Assembly (NCBI GenBank): GCA_040326155.1
Contig: JBEQLE010000009.1
Coordinates: 12,399 to 76,398 of the forward strand
DNA length: 64,000 nt
Reading direction: 5' to 3'
Origin: Leptospirales bacterium
Lineage (GTDB): Bacteria; Spirochaetota; Leptospiria; Turneriellales; JAOUFE01
The translations under genes were made by a program, and so were the position numbers. The notes below the pieces were generated by a model, which saw nothing but the letters and a program-made list of their open reading frames with translations, had not been told where the DNA came from and made no database searches. This document shows, piece by piece, positions 10,881 through 19,981 of the stretch (position 1 is the stretch's first letter; each line of letters begins with the position of its first letter).

Positions 10881-11130
10881 TGTGGATATCTTATCGATAT
10901 TATGTGATTTTCCACATTGCTAAATCTAATCAACAGATTATTTAAATCAATTTCTAAACTTTGTGTATTACTTAAAACTCTGTGGATGAACATTGGAAAA
11001 TACTCTTCAATATTCATACTTTCTTCTTTATATAAGATCCAGATAGGGTTTTCCACATATTCACCAGGGTATTATATATTATATTATATAACAAACTATT
11101 ATATATAATGTTATATAATACTAATTAGTG
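10881..11130. other. Candidate replication origin core (DnaA-box cluster plus AT-rich unwinding element)
   Basis: TTTTCCACA at 10908-10916 and 11049-11057; one-mismatch reverse boxes at 10881-10889, 10962-10970 and 10981-10989; 11070-11127 has 4 G/C in 58 nt. Confidence 0.6.
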
Positions 11131-11287
11131 AATAATGCGGGGAAAAAAGGTAAATTCTCTATATTGATGATCGATTTTCCCCCCGCTTCGAACCTGTGGT
11201 TCTACGCTTCCCCTTTTATATGAACCTAAATTCAGGTTTTGTATTTATGAATAAACTCTTATTTTTAGTTTAATCTATTATTGTTTT

Positions 11288-11326
11288 ACTTATTACTTAA
11301 TAGTTAACATATATTAAGTAATAAGT
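11288..11326. repeat. Perfect 15-bp inverted repeat with 9-nt spacer
   Basis: ACTTATTACTTAATA-gttaacata-TATTAAGTAATAAGT. Confidence 0.9.
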
Positions 11327-11485
11327 TATTGGTGCGCCAAAGAAACTATTGTAAAGTAGGTAAAAACCACATCGCAAATAAATATATGATTTTTCGTTCG
11401 AAAACCTAGAAAGTTGTAATTGGACGCTTTCGCCTGCGCCGACTAGCCGCTATCGGAGCCTAAACCAAAACAAGGTTTTCGAATA

Positions 11486-11652
11486 GTAAATAATTTCAAA
11501 CGAAAATCGAACGAAGAAGCATAAAATAACCGCAGGATTTTTGTATAATAAATACCTTGAAACAAGCCATCAAAAACCACGCTTTTTGATGGTAAATAAC
11601 TTCAAACGAAACTCGAACGAAGCAGCATAAAAAAACCGAAGGATTTTTTTAT
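11486..11652. repeat. Two 61-bp direct repeats (6 mismatches, 106-bp period) flanking a 10-bp hairpin
   Basis: Copies at 11486-11546 and 11592-11652 (GTAAATAAyTTCAAACGAAAmTCGAACGAAG...); CCATCAAAAA-ccacgc-TTTTTGATGG at 11567-11592. Confidence 0.9.
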
Positions 11653-12016
11653 GAACTAAAGGTGAGCAAGTTTCCCTCGATTGGGCGCTCTCGGGGTCGT
11701 AATGGCAGGTTCAGTGGTCCTGCGTGGAAGTGCCTGGGGATCAAGATCTACCGTGGTGTGAGATTCCACACCAACCGTATAAGACACCTACACTTCGAGT
11801 TCATCTACTACAAACCCGGTGATTACTGGTAATACCCGCCCGCATGGTTCGATGCGTTTAACTTCAAACGAAAAGACCTCCTCTCTAGCGCGGTCGCATT
11901 CCGCACAAATATTCTTGTGGTGTAATATACCTTTACTATACGTATGGAAACACCGGGACTAACTCGGCCTGAAAATTAATGGAACTCATGTACGATATTA
12001 TGTATACTGATAAAAT

Positions 12017-12538
12017 ATGTTGAAGAAAATCATTATCGTAATAGCAATTTTAATGGGAGGCGTAATTATGGCGGTATTAGTAGCGGAGGAATCTTCGCCG
12101 GCAAAATACAGTGTGGGGGACCTTATAGAGAAATATGAGGTAACTTCGGACGATGGAAGTATGGTCGTATTTCCGGTGGAAAAATGGACGGTTTTATATT
12201 TTTATCCAATGGATGATACTCCGGGTTGTACTACGCAGGCCAAAACTTTTACTTCTTTATATGATGAGTATGATAAAGCCGGCATTGTCGTTTTCGGGGT
12301 AAACATGGATTCTGTGGAAAGCCACCGAAAATTTAAAGAGAAACACGCTTTAAAGGTGACGTTGCTGTCAGACCCCAAGGGGAACCTTGCCCGAGACTTC
12401 GGTGTAAACATTATTTTGGGCATGTGTTCCCGGGACGCCGTTATTATCGACCCTCATGGCAGGGTCGATGCGATACATAGGGGAGTCAGCCCCAAAGGCA
12501 GTCCATATGAAATTATCGAATATATTATTTCTAAATGA
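12017..12538 (+). CDS. bcp: BCP/PrxQ-type peroxiredoxin, possibly exported
   Basis: YFYPMDDTPGCTTQA active-site motif; hydrophobic N-terminus; alternative start at 12068 behind GGGAGG. Confidence 0.88.
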   Translation: MLKKIIIVIAILMGGVIMAVLVAEESSPAKYSVGDLIEKYEVTSDDGSMVVFPVEKWTVLYFYPMDDTPGCTTQAKTFTSLYDEYDKAGIVVFGVNMDSVESHRKFKEKHALKVTLLSDPKGNLARDFGVNIILGMCSRDAVIIDPHGRVDAIHRGVSPKGSPYEIIEYIISK

Positions 12539-12738
12539 ATTTAATATATGGAGTAGAATTGTTGCCGTTACTTGTTATGCATAGTCTATATATAATAAAA
12601 GGATATAAATAATTCATTGGTAAAGTATAACTTGATGGTGTATGTTGCAAATAAGCATTTAATATAAACCTAATTGTTATTGCAACCATCAGTGAAGTTT
12701 TTTATAAGGAAAGAAAAACACAGGAGATCTTCATTATT

Positions 12739-14280
12739 ATGGTTTGGTACGCTGTTCCCTCAATTGTCTTTGCCGGCATTTGTTTATATGTTGGTTTATA
12801 TCATTTGTGGATATATTTGAAACGATCGAATGAGATCGAAAATCTTTCTTTTGCAGTAACAACACTGCTCATGGTTCTTTATTATATATTTGCTTCGATA
12901 ATGTATAATTCCAAATCTGTCGAAGATGCAATTTTCTGGATGCATCTTTCGTATGTGATTATTCCATTATTCGCTTCCGGGTTGACTTTTTTCATCTACC
13001 ACTTGAGCGAAAGAAAAGTTGGTATAGCCGTCTATATTATTACCTCGCTGAATATTATATTCGGGCTGGCTCTCTGGTTTGGAAGTCCGCAGTATACTCT
13101 TTCGGTAGAAGGGGCCGTTCCGTTTCATGTGGACTGGTTGGGAATTATTTACTATGATCCAAAAATGGGATTCATAATGGATATGTATTTCGGGTTTCTT
13201 TTCGTTTCCATTTGCTACCTGGCTTATATTTTAATTTCTGCCTTTAAAGAAGGGAAAAAGTATTTACTTCCAGCGGTTTTCAGCATCTTAATATACTTTG
13301 TAACTGCTGTCAGCGACATGTTGGTTTCCCAAAAAGTTTATGAACTAATGTATTTAATGGAGTTCGGGTTCATGGCTATTATATTGAACATGGCATACAC
13401 TCTATTGAATAAATTTGTGGCATTATATGCTAAGGTTGAACAACAAACTAAACATCAGGTTGAATTGAACACAGCTTTTCGAAGGTTTGTTCCTCATGAA
13501 TTTATCAGTTTTTTAAATAAAGAAAGTATTATTGATTTAGAGCTTGGTGACCAGGTGGAAAAGAAAATGACGGTTATGTTTTCAGACATTCGGAATTTTA
13601 CCACTCTGTCAGAATCGATGAGCGCTGAAGAAAATTTTAATTTTCTAAACTCTTATTTGCAACGAGTGGGCCCGGTAATTAGAAAAAATTCGGGTTTTAT
13701 TGATAAATACATTGGTGATGCTATTATGGCTTTATTTCCTGAAAGTGTTGATAATGCCGTGTCTGCGGCAGTTGAAATGCGTAAAGCTTTGTTCGAGTAT
13801 AATATTCATCGAACAAAAGGCGGGTATGAGCCGATTGATGTTGGAATTGGTATACATACCGGGACGTTGATGCTTGGGACGATTGGCGAGAGCCAGAGAA
13901 TGGAGGGCACGGTAATTTCCGATGCCGTAAATCTCGCGGCACGACTGGAAAAAGCCACGAAGGCGATGCGCGCTCCTGTAATTATCAGTAAAGAGTGTGC
14001 CGAGGCGCTGCAAAACAAAGATGCCTTTGACCTGCGCTTTTTAGGTAAAATTAAAGTGAAAGGTAAAAAATCACTTATTTCCCTTGTAGAAGTTATGAAC
14101 GGTGATTCTGATGAGTTACTGAACGAAAAGATGAAAAACAAGGATTCTTTTGAGGAAGCGATTGCGCTTCTGTCTGGTTCAAAAATGGAAGAAGCCGGAA
14201 AACTCCTCAACTCTATTTACAATCCGAAAATCCCAGACCCAGTTGTGAAAATGCACCTGGATAAGATTGCTACATTGTAA
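12739..14280 (+). CDS. Membrane-bound class III adenylate/guanylate cyclase with multi-TM sensor domain
   Basis: FSDIRNFT, DKYIGDAIMA, GIGIHTG and VISDAVNLAARLE motifs; about 7 TM helices at the N-terminus; RBS AGGAG. Confidence 0.92.
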   Translation: MVWYAVPSIVFAGICLYVGLYHLWIYLKRSNEIENLSFAVTTLLMVLYYIFASIMYNSKSVEDAIFWMHLSYVIIPLFASGLTFFIYHLSERKVGIAVYIITSLNIIFGLALWFGSPQYTLSVEGAVPFHVDWLGIIYYDPKMGFIMDMYFGFLFVSICYLAYILISAFKEGKKYLLPAVFSILIYFVTAVSDMLVSQKVYELMYLMEFGFMAIILNMAYTLLNKFVALYAKVEQQTKHQVELNTAFRRFVPHEFISFLNKESIIDLELGDQVEKKMTVMFSDIRNFTTLSESMSAEENFNFLNSYLQRVGPVIRKNSGFIDKYIGDAIMALFPESVDNAVSAAVEMRKALFEYNIHRTKGGYEPIDVGIGIHTGTLMLGTIGESQRMEGTVISDAVNLAARLEKATKAMRAPVIISKECAEALQNKDAFDLRFLGKIKVKGKKSLISLVEVMNGDSDELLNEKMKNKDSFEEAIALLSGSKMEEAGKLLNSIYNPKIPDPVVKMHLDKIATL

Positions 14281-14283
14281 TAT

Positions 14284-14321
14284 ACTATATAGGGTCACAG
14301 CATGCTGTGACCCTATATAGT
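14284..14321. repeat. 38-bp perfect palindrome (REP-like; probable bidirectional terminator)
   Basis: ACTATATAGGGTCACAGCA|TGCTGTGACCCTATATAGT lies between two convergent genes. Confidence 0.85.
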
Positions 14322-14338
14322 TGCCCTATATAGACCGT

Positions 14339-16360
14339 TTACAATAACGGTACAATCATAAGCGCTACAATGTTAATAATTTTAATCAGGGGGTTTATAG
14401 CAGGGCCCGCTGTATCTTTATATGGATCGCCAACGGTATCACCGGTAACAGCTGCTTTATGTGCATCTGAACCTTTACCGCCAAAGTTACCATCTTCAAT
14501 ATACTTTTTGGCATTGTCCCATGCGCCACCACCGGTAGTCATTGAGATTGCAACAAAAATACCGGTTACGATCGTTCCAATCAATAGACCGCCTAAAGCT
14601 TCCACTCCAAGTATTAACCCAACTAGAATAGGAATAAGAATTGGCAGCAACGATGGAATAATCATTTCTTTAATTGCAGCTTTGGTCAACATATCGACCG
14701 CTTTGGAATAATCGGGTTTTTCAGTGTAATTCATAATTCCCGGCATTTCTTTGAATTGACGTCTTACCTCGTTAACAATACCCCCGGCAGCTCGACCTAC
14801 AGCTTCCATTGACATCGCCCCGAATAAGAAAGGGATTAAACCGCCTATAAAAAGCCCAATTAGAACCATATGGTCCGAAAGGTCAAATACTGTCGGTAAA
14901 CCATTCGCACTCAGAGAGTGAGTAAAGTCCGCGAAAAGGACAAGTGCGGCAAGACCGGCAGAAGCAATCGCGTACCCTTTTGTAACAGCTTTGGTGGTAT
15001 TACCTACCGCATCAAGAGGGTCGGTAATACTCCGAATTTTGTCATCGAGTTCGGCCATTTCTGCAATGCCACCGGCATTATCCGTAATTGGACCGTAAGC
15101 ATCGAGTGCTACAATAATACCCGCCATGGAAAGCATAGAAGTTGCGGCAACCGCAATACCATAGAGTCCCGCCAGTTCAAAAGCTCCCCAGATGGAAGCG
15201 CAAACAACAATAATTGGCGCTGCGGTAGACTTCATGGAAACTCCAAGACCAGCAATAACGTTGGTACCGTCACCCGTGGTCGAAGCCTCGGCAATATGAC
15301 GAACTGGTTTATAATCCGTCGAAGTGTAATACTCCGTAATGACAACCATGGCAGCTGTAAGTGCAAGACCGATCATGGCCGAACCAAACAGTTCCATCGT
15401 TGAGTATGTTCCGTTATTCCCCATCACGTAATCAGTAACAAAGTAAAAAGCAGTACCTGCGAGAACTCCCGCAACAATCAGACCGCGATAAAGAGCGTTC
15501 ATAATTTTCCCGCCCTCTTTTACCTTCACAAAAAATGACCCGATAATAGAAGCAATAATAGAAACTCCACCGAGAACCAGAGGGTAAATAATAACTTCAG
15601 CGCCAGCGTTTGTCAATAAAAGACCGCCAAGCAACATGGAAGCTACCACCGTAACGGCGTAGGTTTCAAATAAATCAGCAGCCATACCCGCGCAATCCCC
15701 AACGTTGTCGCCAACATTGTCAGCAATAACAGCAGGATTCCGAGGATCGTCTTCCGGTATACCGGCTTCGACTTTCCCCACAATATCGGCCCCAACATCA
15801 GCGCCTTTTGTAAAGATTCCCCCGCCAAGTCTGGCAAAGATCGAAATTAACGAACCGCCAAATGCGAGTCCAACCAGTGCGTGTAGTGTTTTTTCGGTTG
15901 AAACACCGAAAACCTCAGTCAGCATTGCATAATATCCCGCAACACCAAGAAGGCCGAGACCAACTACAAGCATTCCTGTAATTGCCCCGCCTCGAAAAGC
16001 GACCTGCATGGCAGCGTTGAGGCCCCCATTGGCAGCCTCAGCAGTACGCACATTCGCACGAACGGAAATATTCATTCCTATATAACCAGCCAGGCCGGAA
16101 AAAATTGCTCCAATGGCAAAACCCCCTGCGGTATATGCTCCGAGAAAAATGCCAATTACAATCAGCATTAAAATGCCAACAATTCCAATTGTAGCATATT
16201 GCCGATTTAAATAGGCTTTAGCCCCATCCTGAATGGCCTGCGCAATCTCGCGCATACGATCATTTCCGGTTGGTTTAGCTAAAATCCATTTAATTGAAAA
16301 AACTCCGTACAAAATAGCCAGTACGGAACAAGCTAATGCAAATATTAAGCCGTAATCCAT
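14339..16360 (-). CDS. hppA: Membrane-bound proton-translocating pyrophosphatase, K+-independent type
   Basis: [29 protein letters not shown] and [11 protein letters not shown] motifs; GNTTKA (Lys) marks the K+-independent subfamily. Confidence 0.96.
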   Translation of the reverse strand: MDYGLIFALACSVLAILYGVFSIKWILAKPTGNDRMREIAQAIQDGAKAYLNRQYATIGIVGILMLIVIGIFLGAYTAGGFAIGAIFSGLAGYIGMNISVRANVRTAEAANGGLNAAMQVAFRGGAITGMLVVGLGLLGVAGYYAMLTEVFGVSTEKTLHALVGLAFGGSLISIFARLGGGIFTKGADVGADIVGKVEAGIPEDDPRNPAVIADNVGDNVGDCAGMAADLFETYAVTVVASMLLGGLLLTNAGAEVIIYPLVLGGVSIIASIIGSFFVKVKEGGKIMNALYRGLIVAGVLAGTAFYFVTDYVMGNNGTYSTMELFGSAMIGLALTAAMVVITEYYTSTDYKPVRHIAEASTTGDGTNVIAGLGVSMKSTAAPIIVVCASIWGAFELAGLYGIAVAATSMLSMAGIIVALDAYGPITDNAGGIAEMAELDDKIRSITDPLDAVGNTTKAVTKGYAIASAGLAALVLFADFTHSLSANGLPTVFDLSDHMVLIGLFIGGLIPFLFGAMSMEAVGRAAGGIVNEVRRQFKEMPGIMNYTEKPDYSKAVDMLTKAAIKEMIIPSLLPILIPILVGLILGVEALGGLLIGTIVTGIFVAISMTTGGGAWDNAKKYIEDGNFGGKGSDAHKAAVTGDTVGDPYKDTAGPAINPLIKIINIVALMIVPLL

Positions 16361-16445
16361 AGTTTATGTTCCTTATATAATAAATTTTTATCATTCCGGA
16401 TTAAAGAAATATATTGTCAATTAGATATCGGCGTTCAGATTAACC

Positions 16446-17705
16446 TTATTCGTAAAAATTTCCCTTATGAAATTCATATCCCATTTTTACAAAAAACTTT
16501 CCACCGGTATTTTGCCATATTTCCTGGCCATACCCGAGTTGAAGAACAATATTAAGCGGTGCTTCAAACTTTATAGATATAGCTCCCCCTACCGCAAAGT
16601 TCCAGGTATCTTGCTGAATTGGACGAATAGAGTCTCCTGCCGTTCCAAAGTCGGCAAACATCAGTAAACTAAATTTGAGGTCGGTAAGCGCAGTGGGTAC
16701 GGTAAATATATCATGGAACCAGTTTTCAATATTCAGCATTAAACTCTGGTTGCCGTAGTAATAATTACTTACTCCCCCCCGAACCTGATATTCATTGTCA
16801 ATGCGGTATAGTAGATAATCGGGAAGGTTGCCTGCTATAAGAGAATTGTAACGTCCCCGTAAAATAATTTCCTCCCAGGGGAGTGGTTTAAAAAACAGGT
16901 TCATTCCCACACTGCTTATCGTGTACGAAAATTCTCCCAGGCCCTGGTATATACCGCCCCTTAGATTAAAACCTGTGTAAATTACATCTTTATAATGAGA
17001 AAAATCGACCAGTGTTTCTAAACCGGTAGAAACATCATAAGTGGCTGCGGTTTTCGCATCACCGTTTAGATTATAACGAAATATATTAGGGGTTTTTATT
17101 TTCCAATTCGGTAATATCGTCAGTTCAAGGGCCAATTTACCCAGAACAGCTTCATAGTCATAAAGATTGGTAGAATCAAACGGAATGGAATATGCCTGGT
17201 GACCAATTGTTGTTATCAGGTTTAGAGGCCCATGGAACAATTCAGGAAATCTGAAATATAAAATCTGGTCCGTTGCCCCAATTAAAAAACCAAAATCCGG
17301 CGCACTCTCTGAAATAGAACTGAATCGGGTGAAGGAACCCTCTTCCAGCGCTATTAATTCCAGGAACATAATATTCTCACCGATTAAAAACTGAATATCT
17401 ATAGTTCCATCCTCATGTTTTTCATAGTAAGTTTCAATGAACATAAACAGTTTCGAAGCTTCCATTTTTGCCAGAGAAACTTTTAATTTAAATTCAAGGC
17501 TCTTGATGGAAACCCGGTTGCCTTCTTTTACGGCAATCATTGGTCTTATTTGGTTTTCACCGATTCTAACATTTCCTGTAAAAGTAATATTTCTTATTTC
17601 ATACTTTTCAACAGGTTCACTACTGAAGACTATTCCATTTCCTATTATCGTTAAAAGTAAAACAATCTTTGTAATCAACTTTATCTTTTTCTTTAAAATT
17701 TCCAT
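16446..17705 (-). CDS. Small Omp85/TamA-like outer-membrane protein with one POTRA domain
   Basis: Signal peptide; POTRA-like IRNITFTGNVRI; barrel motifs VRGG...GNQSLMLNIE, FADFG and AVGGAI. Confidence 0.7.
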   Translation of the reverse strand: MEILKKKIKLITKIVLLLTIIGNGIVFSSEPVEKYEIRNITFTGNVRIGENQIRPMIAVKEGNRVSIKSLEFKLKVSLAKMEASKLFMFIETYYEKHEDGTIDIQFLIGENIMFLELIALEEGSFTRFSSISESAPDFGFLIGATDQILYFRFPELFHGPLNLITTIGHQAYSIPFDSTNLYDYEAVLGKLALELTILPNWKIKTPNIFRYNLNGDAKTAATYDVSTGLETLVDFSHYKDVIYTGFNLRGGIYQGLGEFSYTISSVGMNLFFKPLPWEEIILRGRYNSLIAGNLPDYLLYRIDNEYQVRGGVSNYYYGNQSLMLNIENWFHDIFTVPTALTDLKFSLLMFADFGTAGDSIRPIQQDTWNFAVGGAISIKFEAPLNIVLQLGYGQEIWQNTGGKFFVKMGYEFHKGNFYE

Positions 17706-19213
17706 TCTACTCCGCCGGTAATATTTTTTTGAAACAGGGACTCTCCAAAAACAGTTTCAGGACTCCCTATGTTCCATGTTGTTTGTACATAAATTGTCAT
17801 GGATGAATTTATTATCCAATTGGCATAACCAGTAAGCATAAAAGAAAAATCTTTTACACTGAAAAAAGGAGTTATACCCCAGGTCCAAATATCCAAATCT
17901 TTTACATTCGTAATGTTTAAGAAGATATAATTCCGGGTCATAGCAAATGGATCGTAAATTCCCAGAATATCATAATAGTAATTCTGGCTGGCTAAAGAGA
18001 CAACAGCGTTACTGGAATTTAGACCTTTTTTTGCGGTATGTAAACCCTGAATTACTTTATTATACTGTTGGTCAGAGAAACCCCGGCCATTATAATAATA
18101 CGATAGTGAAATTTCATAATTTCGAATTCCCGAAAAAGCTACAGAAAGGAAGGACTCTGGATAATATTTATCTGTTGAGCCAGGCAGAGGTTCTACACTG
18201 TAATAATTTTCCCCACCCGAACTGTTTTTTACTACATGATTAGTCTCTATCCCATTCGAATAGATGAATTGACCGGATATACCGAGAGAATTGGTAATAT
18301 TCCAGACGACCTCCGTTCCGGCCCCAAAATAAAAGGGGTTATTTGTATTCGTGGTTGAAGAAAAAAAATAGATATCTGCAAATACAGGCGATACATGGAA
18401 TGAATTTTTAAACATAAGAACATGTTCATCTATTGTATATCCTAAATAATCGGTCAGATTGTAACTATATTCCGATGCGGTGTTTTGAGTATGCGCTGTA
18501 GACATTGCAGGAGTATATAAAAGTTTTCCCGAAAATAAATCTCCAGCAAACTCAACGCTCAGGCCAGGAGAAGAAAATGCAGTGTACTCTTGAAAATATT
18601 GACGGTTTGAAAAATACCTCTCAAAGAAACTCACCGGATTTTTATAAAAACTGTTTCCTTGCAACAAAGGTAAAACGCCCACTTCCATAAAAACCTTATC
18701 TTTAATATTGAAATCTCCCGAAAGTTCGTAGAGCATAAATTTAGTAAAGGATACATTATTAGAAAAGCCCGGCATAGAGTTTTCAAAAATACCCGCCGCT
18801 CCATACCCTCTTAATAATTGCATGGTAATGTTGCGGTTTTTATTCGTGTTATGCATTCCCAGACTAACATTTAAACCGCCGGTTTTTCCAATTTCAAAAT
18901 ATTTTTTATATTGAAAAAAAGCGGTATATAACCATGGGTCGAGAGGGTTACTTTTATAATCCGGCAAATAGATAGAATTCTGAAGGGGGGCATATGCCAG
19001 GTTCAAAGTAAAATAGATTCCCGCATCATCTATTTTTTTACCATCGTTTCCATCGTTATTGTCCGTGCTATTATTGTCAAAAATATCGAATTCGTTTTCC
19101 ATATCAGTCTGGTCGTCATCCGTTTCCTGCGGATACAAAGGCAGAACGACAAAACAACATATTAAAAAATGTCGCACGAAGTATAAGAGTTTTTTAAGTA
19201 TAAAAAGAAACAT
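17693..19213 (-). CDS. Putative outer-membrane beta-barrel protein
   Basis: Signal peptide, acidic N-terminus, aromatic-rich alternating strands, C-terminal GVEWKF. Confidence 0.65.
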   Translation of the reverse strand: MFLFILKKLLYFVRHFLICCFVVLPLYPQETDDDQTDMENEFDIFDNNSTDNNDGNDGKKIDDAGIYFTLNLAYAPLQNSIYLPDYKSNPLDPWLYTAFFQYKKYFEIGKTGGLNVSLGMHNTNKNRNITMQLLRGYGAAGIFENSMPGFSNNVSFTKFMLYELSGDFNIKDKVFMEVGVLPLLQGNSFYKNPVSFFERYFSNRQYFQEYTAFSSPGLSVEFAGDLFSGKLLYTPAMSTAHTQNTASEYSYNLTDYLGYTIDEHVLMFKNSFHVSPVFADIYFFSSTTNTNNPFYFGAGTEVVWNITNSLGISGQFIYSNGIETNHVVKNSSGGENYYSVEPLPGSTDKYYPESFLSVAFSGIRNYEISLSYYYNGRGFSDQQYNKVIQGLHTAKKGLNSSNAVVSLASQNYYYDILGIYDPFAMTRNYIFLNITNVKDLDIWTWGITPFFSVKDFSFMLTGYANWIINSSMTIYVQTTWNIGSPETVFGESLFQKNITGGVEWKF

Positions 19214-19228
19214 TTCGCAAATTAGATT

Positions 19229-19963
19229 CTATTCTCGAACTTTCCCAAGGGTCGCCGGATTAAAATAATAATCGGGAACATTTCGTTTTTTCATGTTCGA
19301 CATTCTGACTAGAGAATAGTCTCCTTCTCTAAGTGCATTTATTACTTTAATATCAGCCGGATACAAAACACCATCATCGCTCTTTAGAAATTTTATAAAG
19401 TAAATTTTCTTTAACATTATACCTGATCTTGCATAAACCTCAAAATAACGAATTTTCCCATTGCGATAAAAATAGCGAATTTTCCCATACGGAGCGCTTT
19501 TTTCAATAGCAGTAAACCAGAAAATATGAGTACGATCGGACTTTTGATATTCATAGCCGGTTTTTTTATAAAATTGAAATACGGATCTGCTCACAATGTC
19601 AGTTATATTTACATTGCCGTGAACTGCCATAGCTGTATTTATATTTAAGGTTTTTTCAATTCGCGGAAAATATTGCCAGAGTTGATCGTTCACCATTAAG
19701 GTCATTTTACCTTTGTCTCTTTCAGGTTCTCTAGTGACCAAAAGTATTTTATTGCCTTTCATAAAAATTGTATATCGGCGAATAACCGGTTCCCTACCGG
19801 GCAGGTAAGAAGCCATTTGGCAATTCATTTGATACTGATTTTTGACAGTGAGTGAATTTTTAAATTGAGCAAAAGCGGATGCTTCACTGCTGCTTCCGGC
19901 CGGGTATGTATTGTAAGAAAGAATTAAAAGCAGAAAAGTCGTTATCAAGTATTTTGTGTTCAT
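19229..19963 (-). CDS. LolA-like outer-membrane lipoprotein-sorting protein
   Basis: EPERDKGKMTLMVNDQLWQYFP and VPDYYFNPATL patterns typical of this family; signal peptide. Confidence 0.8.
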   Translation of the reverse strand: MNTKYLITTFLLLILSYNTYPAGSSSEASAFAQFKNSLTVKNQYQMNCQMASYLPGREPVIRRYTIFMKGNKILLVTREPERDKGKMTLMVNDQLWQYFPRIEKTLNINTAMAVHGNVNITDIVSRSVFQFYKKTGYEYQKSDRTHIFWFTAIEKSAPYGKIRYFYRNGKIRYFEVYARSGIMLKKIYFIKFLKSDDGVLYPADIKVINALREGDYSLVRMSNMKKRNVPDYYFNPATLGKVRE

Positions 19964-19981
19964 AATTATTCTCCTTGCTCG

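Noticed and set aside
10832..11108. Short ORFs 10832-11056 (-) and 10917-11108 (+)
   Set aside because: Low-complexity AT-rich translations with no motifs; they overlap the DnaA-box cluster.
11486..11652. Direct repeats with a spacer as a mini-CRISPR array
   Set aside because: Only two 61-bp copies with 6 mismatches, longer than typical CRISPR repeats; the spacer is itself a hairpin; no cas genes in the window.
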